This document shows positions 61,744-64,000 of a stretch of DNA of 64,000 bases, piece after piece. A program made the translations under genes and the position numbers. The stretch covers positions 1,178,001-1,242,000 of the forward strand of contig JAPYYK010000098.1 of assembly GCA_028534125.1 (NCBI GenBank), written 5' to 3'. Each line of letters opens with the position of its first letter. The first letter of the stretch is position 1. The notes below the pieces were generated by a model that was not told where the DNA came from, searched no databases, and saw only the letters and a program-made list of their open reading frames with translations. The stretch comes from Lama glama (taxonomy: Eukaryota).

Positions 61744-62203
61744 CTGTTAGCTGCCTTCCTAGTCTCCACACTCCCCTCTCCCTCAGAAAAACAACTTCCA
61801 TTTTATTAGGGTGGTAAACTGCCCAGCTAAAATTATTTTCCAGTCTGCCTTATAGCTAGCTGTGGCCAATGGATTAAGTTCTGGCCAATGAGGTACAGGT
61901 GAAAACTGCTCTTTTAAACTTTTGACAAGGCTATCATAGGCAACTAATTCAGCTGAGAGATGAGCTCTTTCCCCTTCTGGCTATGTGGAATGCAGGTGTA
62001 ATGGCTGGAGCCCCAGCAGCCACTCTAAGGCAACCCTGGGGATAAAATCCATAAACTTCCATAGAAAGATGGAAACCTGGGTCCCTGATGACTGTGGAGC
62101 TGCCGCACTAGCCCTGTGTGAACGAGAAATAAACTCTCTATTGATTAAGCCACCGTTACTGAGGGTTTTGTTACTTGCAAATACACCTGATCTTAATTGA
62201 TAC
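61744..62203 (+). mobile_element. ERVL solo LTR (LTR33-like)
   Basis: tgttagctgcc...tgcccagctaaa...agctagctgtggccaatggattaagttctggccaatgag...ctgggtccctgatgac...gagaaataaac...ttaagccac. Confidence 0.8.
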
Positions 62204-62569
62204 CAAGGCAGAGAAAAGATAAAAGAAGAGACATCTCCTCTCTTTAACTATAATTTTTCTAGTCAGGAAGCCACCTTTACTGGCTTGCTGTCTGCTCTGC
62301 AGCAGGCACTACGCCAGGGCTAGGGGTTCAGAGATGAAAGATTCTAACGTCACTGAGCTTGCTGTTAATGGGTGGGAAGGAGAAAACGTATCCCAAACCA
62401 AGGGGACGACGGCTGTCCTTGAGACTGGTGCTGGGCTCAGGGACTGGCCCAGCCTGAGAGGCCTGCCCCTGCAGGAGGGGCAAGCCCCCACTCTCTGGGC
62501 CTCCTGTGGGAGGCTGTGTGGCACCGCCTTGGAGGAAGGTGCTCACATTAACAACTAACCCACTGCCTC

Positions 62570-62755
62570 CCAGGCACATTCTAAGCCCATTTGGTTGAGC
62601 TGAGCTAATCCTCACCACAAATCCATGAGGTATGTGCTGCGTTAGCTCCATTTTACAGGTAGGGAAACTGAGGCCCAGAGAAATCAAATCAGCCAAAGTC
62701 GCAGAGTTGGAGTCAAACTCGGGAATCGGTGTCAAAGCAAAGGCAGTGTGCTCTG
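62570..62755 (-). mobile_element. MIR SINE
   Basis: taatcctcaccacaaatccatgaggta...ccattttacaggtagggaaactgaggcccagaga. Confidence 0.85.
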
Positions 62756-63146
62756 AGGGGACACACTAAGTGCTTTCCACACCATGCACGTGGGGCACCC
62801 GGATGCTGGTGGTGACCTGACGTCAGGTGAGCGGCAGATCCAGAACCGACCCAGAGCCCTGAGGCCCCAGAATCTGCACCACATGTCAGGGCTGCCGCCC
62901 CCACCCCAGGGTTCTGTGGAGACCCTGCAGGGTGACTGCAGCGTGGACCAGGAACCTGGCTCTGTCCTGATCCCTGTGGACATCATTTCATCCACGTGGA
63001 TGTCAGCGCTCACCGTCAGCCACTGGGGAGGCTCTGCTCCTCTCACTCCCCAATTTCAGCTTGAAACTCATGGGAGAAGCTGGTCCAAAGCTATTCTGAA
63101 CAACCGATGTTTTAACACCAATTCACCAGAGCACGTGAATAACTCA

Positions 63147-63353
<207 letters not shown>

Positions 63354-63444
63354 TCACCGGGAACTTGCTTCGGCAGGGAAAGATGGGACAGGCAGACAGC
63401 CCCTCTTTCATTCTGGGCTTGGAACGAAACCTAGTGTGTTCAAA

Positions 63445-64000
63445 CTTACAAGTTCTAAGTATAATTCCTGCACGAAAAAGCGTACATCATAAGCACACAA
63501 TTCACAATGTTCCTGCCCCCTCCCCCAGAAAACACACTTTGTATCCAGGAATGGGAGCGAGACACAGTACGACTCACACCCTTGCAATCTCCCACGGCCC
63601 CTTCCAGGCACGAGCCACTCCCAGGAGAAAAGCACCGTGCGCTGGCTTCTGACGGCACAGCCTGACTTTGCTGGCCGTGTATCCACACAAAGGGAGTTGC
63701 TGAGCGAGAACCCTTCGTATCTGCCCCCTTCTGCTGAGACCCCGCCGTGTGTTTGGCACGTGGCAGACCTTCCATCCACACTTGTGTGACGTCCGCCGTG
63801 ATGTGTGCACCCTTCTCTGGGGACGTGTTTCAGCACTCGGGTCGGGTGCGCCCCAAGGAGGGGAGTGTGGACAGGGACGTGTGCACACTTAGCGTCCGCC
63901 ACTACCACTGATCTCTTCCAACACGCTGCTACCAGTGGCTGCGGAACATCCCTGCCGATACTGGGTATTTTCCATCCCTTATTAATTTTTTTTTTAATCT
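63445..64000 (-). mobile_element. Old L1 (L1ME-like) fragment, GC-shifted
   Basis: taagtataattcctgcacgaaaaagcgtacat...ggcttctgacggcacag...atccctgccgatactgggtatt. Confidence 0.5.

Overview
GC-rich mammalian genomic DNA, probably a camelid or other cetartiodactyl (inferred only from the L1 3'-end subfamilies). The window holds the 3' two-thirds of NUP210 (gp210, nuclear pore membrane glycoprotein) on the minus strand. I traced 27 coding exons by hand (63331 to 16256). All have GT-AG boundaries and consistent phases, and they sum to 3878 nt (2 nt plus 1292 codons including the stop). They correspond to exons 14-40 if the human 40-exon numbering applies; the 5' exons lie beyond the right edge. 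A ~1.3 kb 3'UTR ends near an AATAAA at 14975-14980. Positions 1-14.9 kb are intergenic, with old repeats (L1, L2, MIR, MER53, MER5, MER103) and a CpG-rich patch. Almost all ORFs in the supplied track are GC-rich noise. I found no convincing novel gene system. The best leads are candidate transmembrane-less NUP210 isoforms from intronic polyadenylation, two in-frame stop-free mini-introns, a MER53 hairpin resembling pre-miR-1302 with an intact 8-bp TSD, a bidirectional poly(A) signal, and GC-biased drift of old repeats. Repeat family names and human comparisons are from memory and were not searched.
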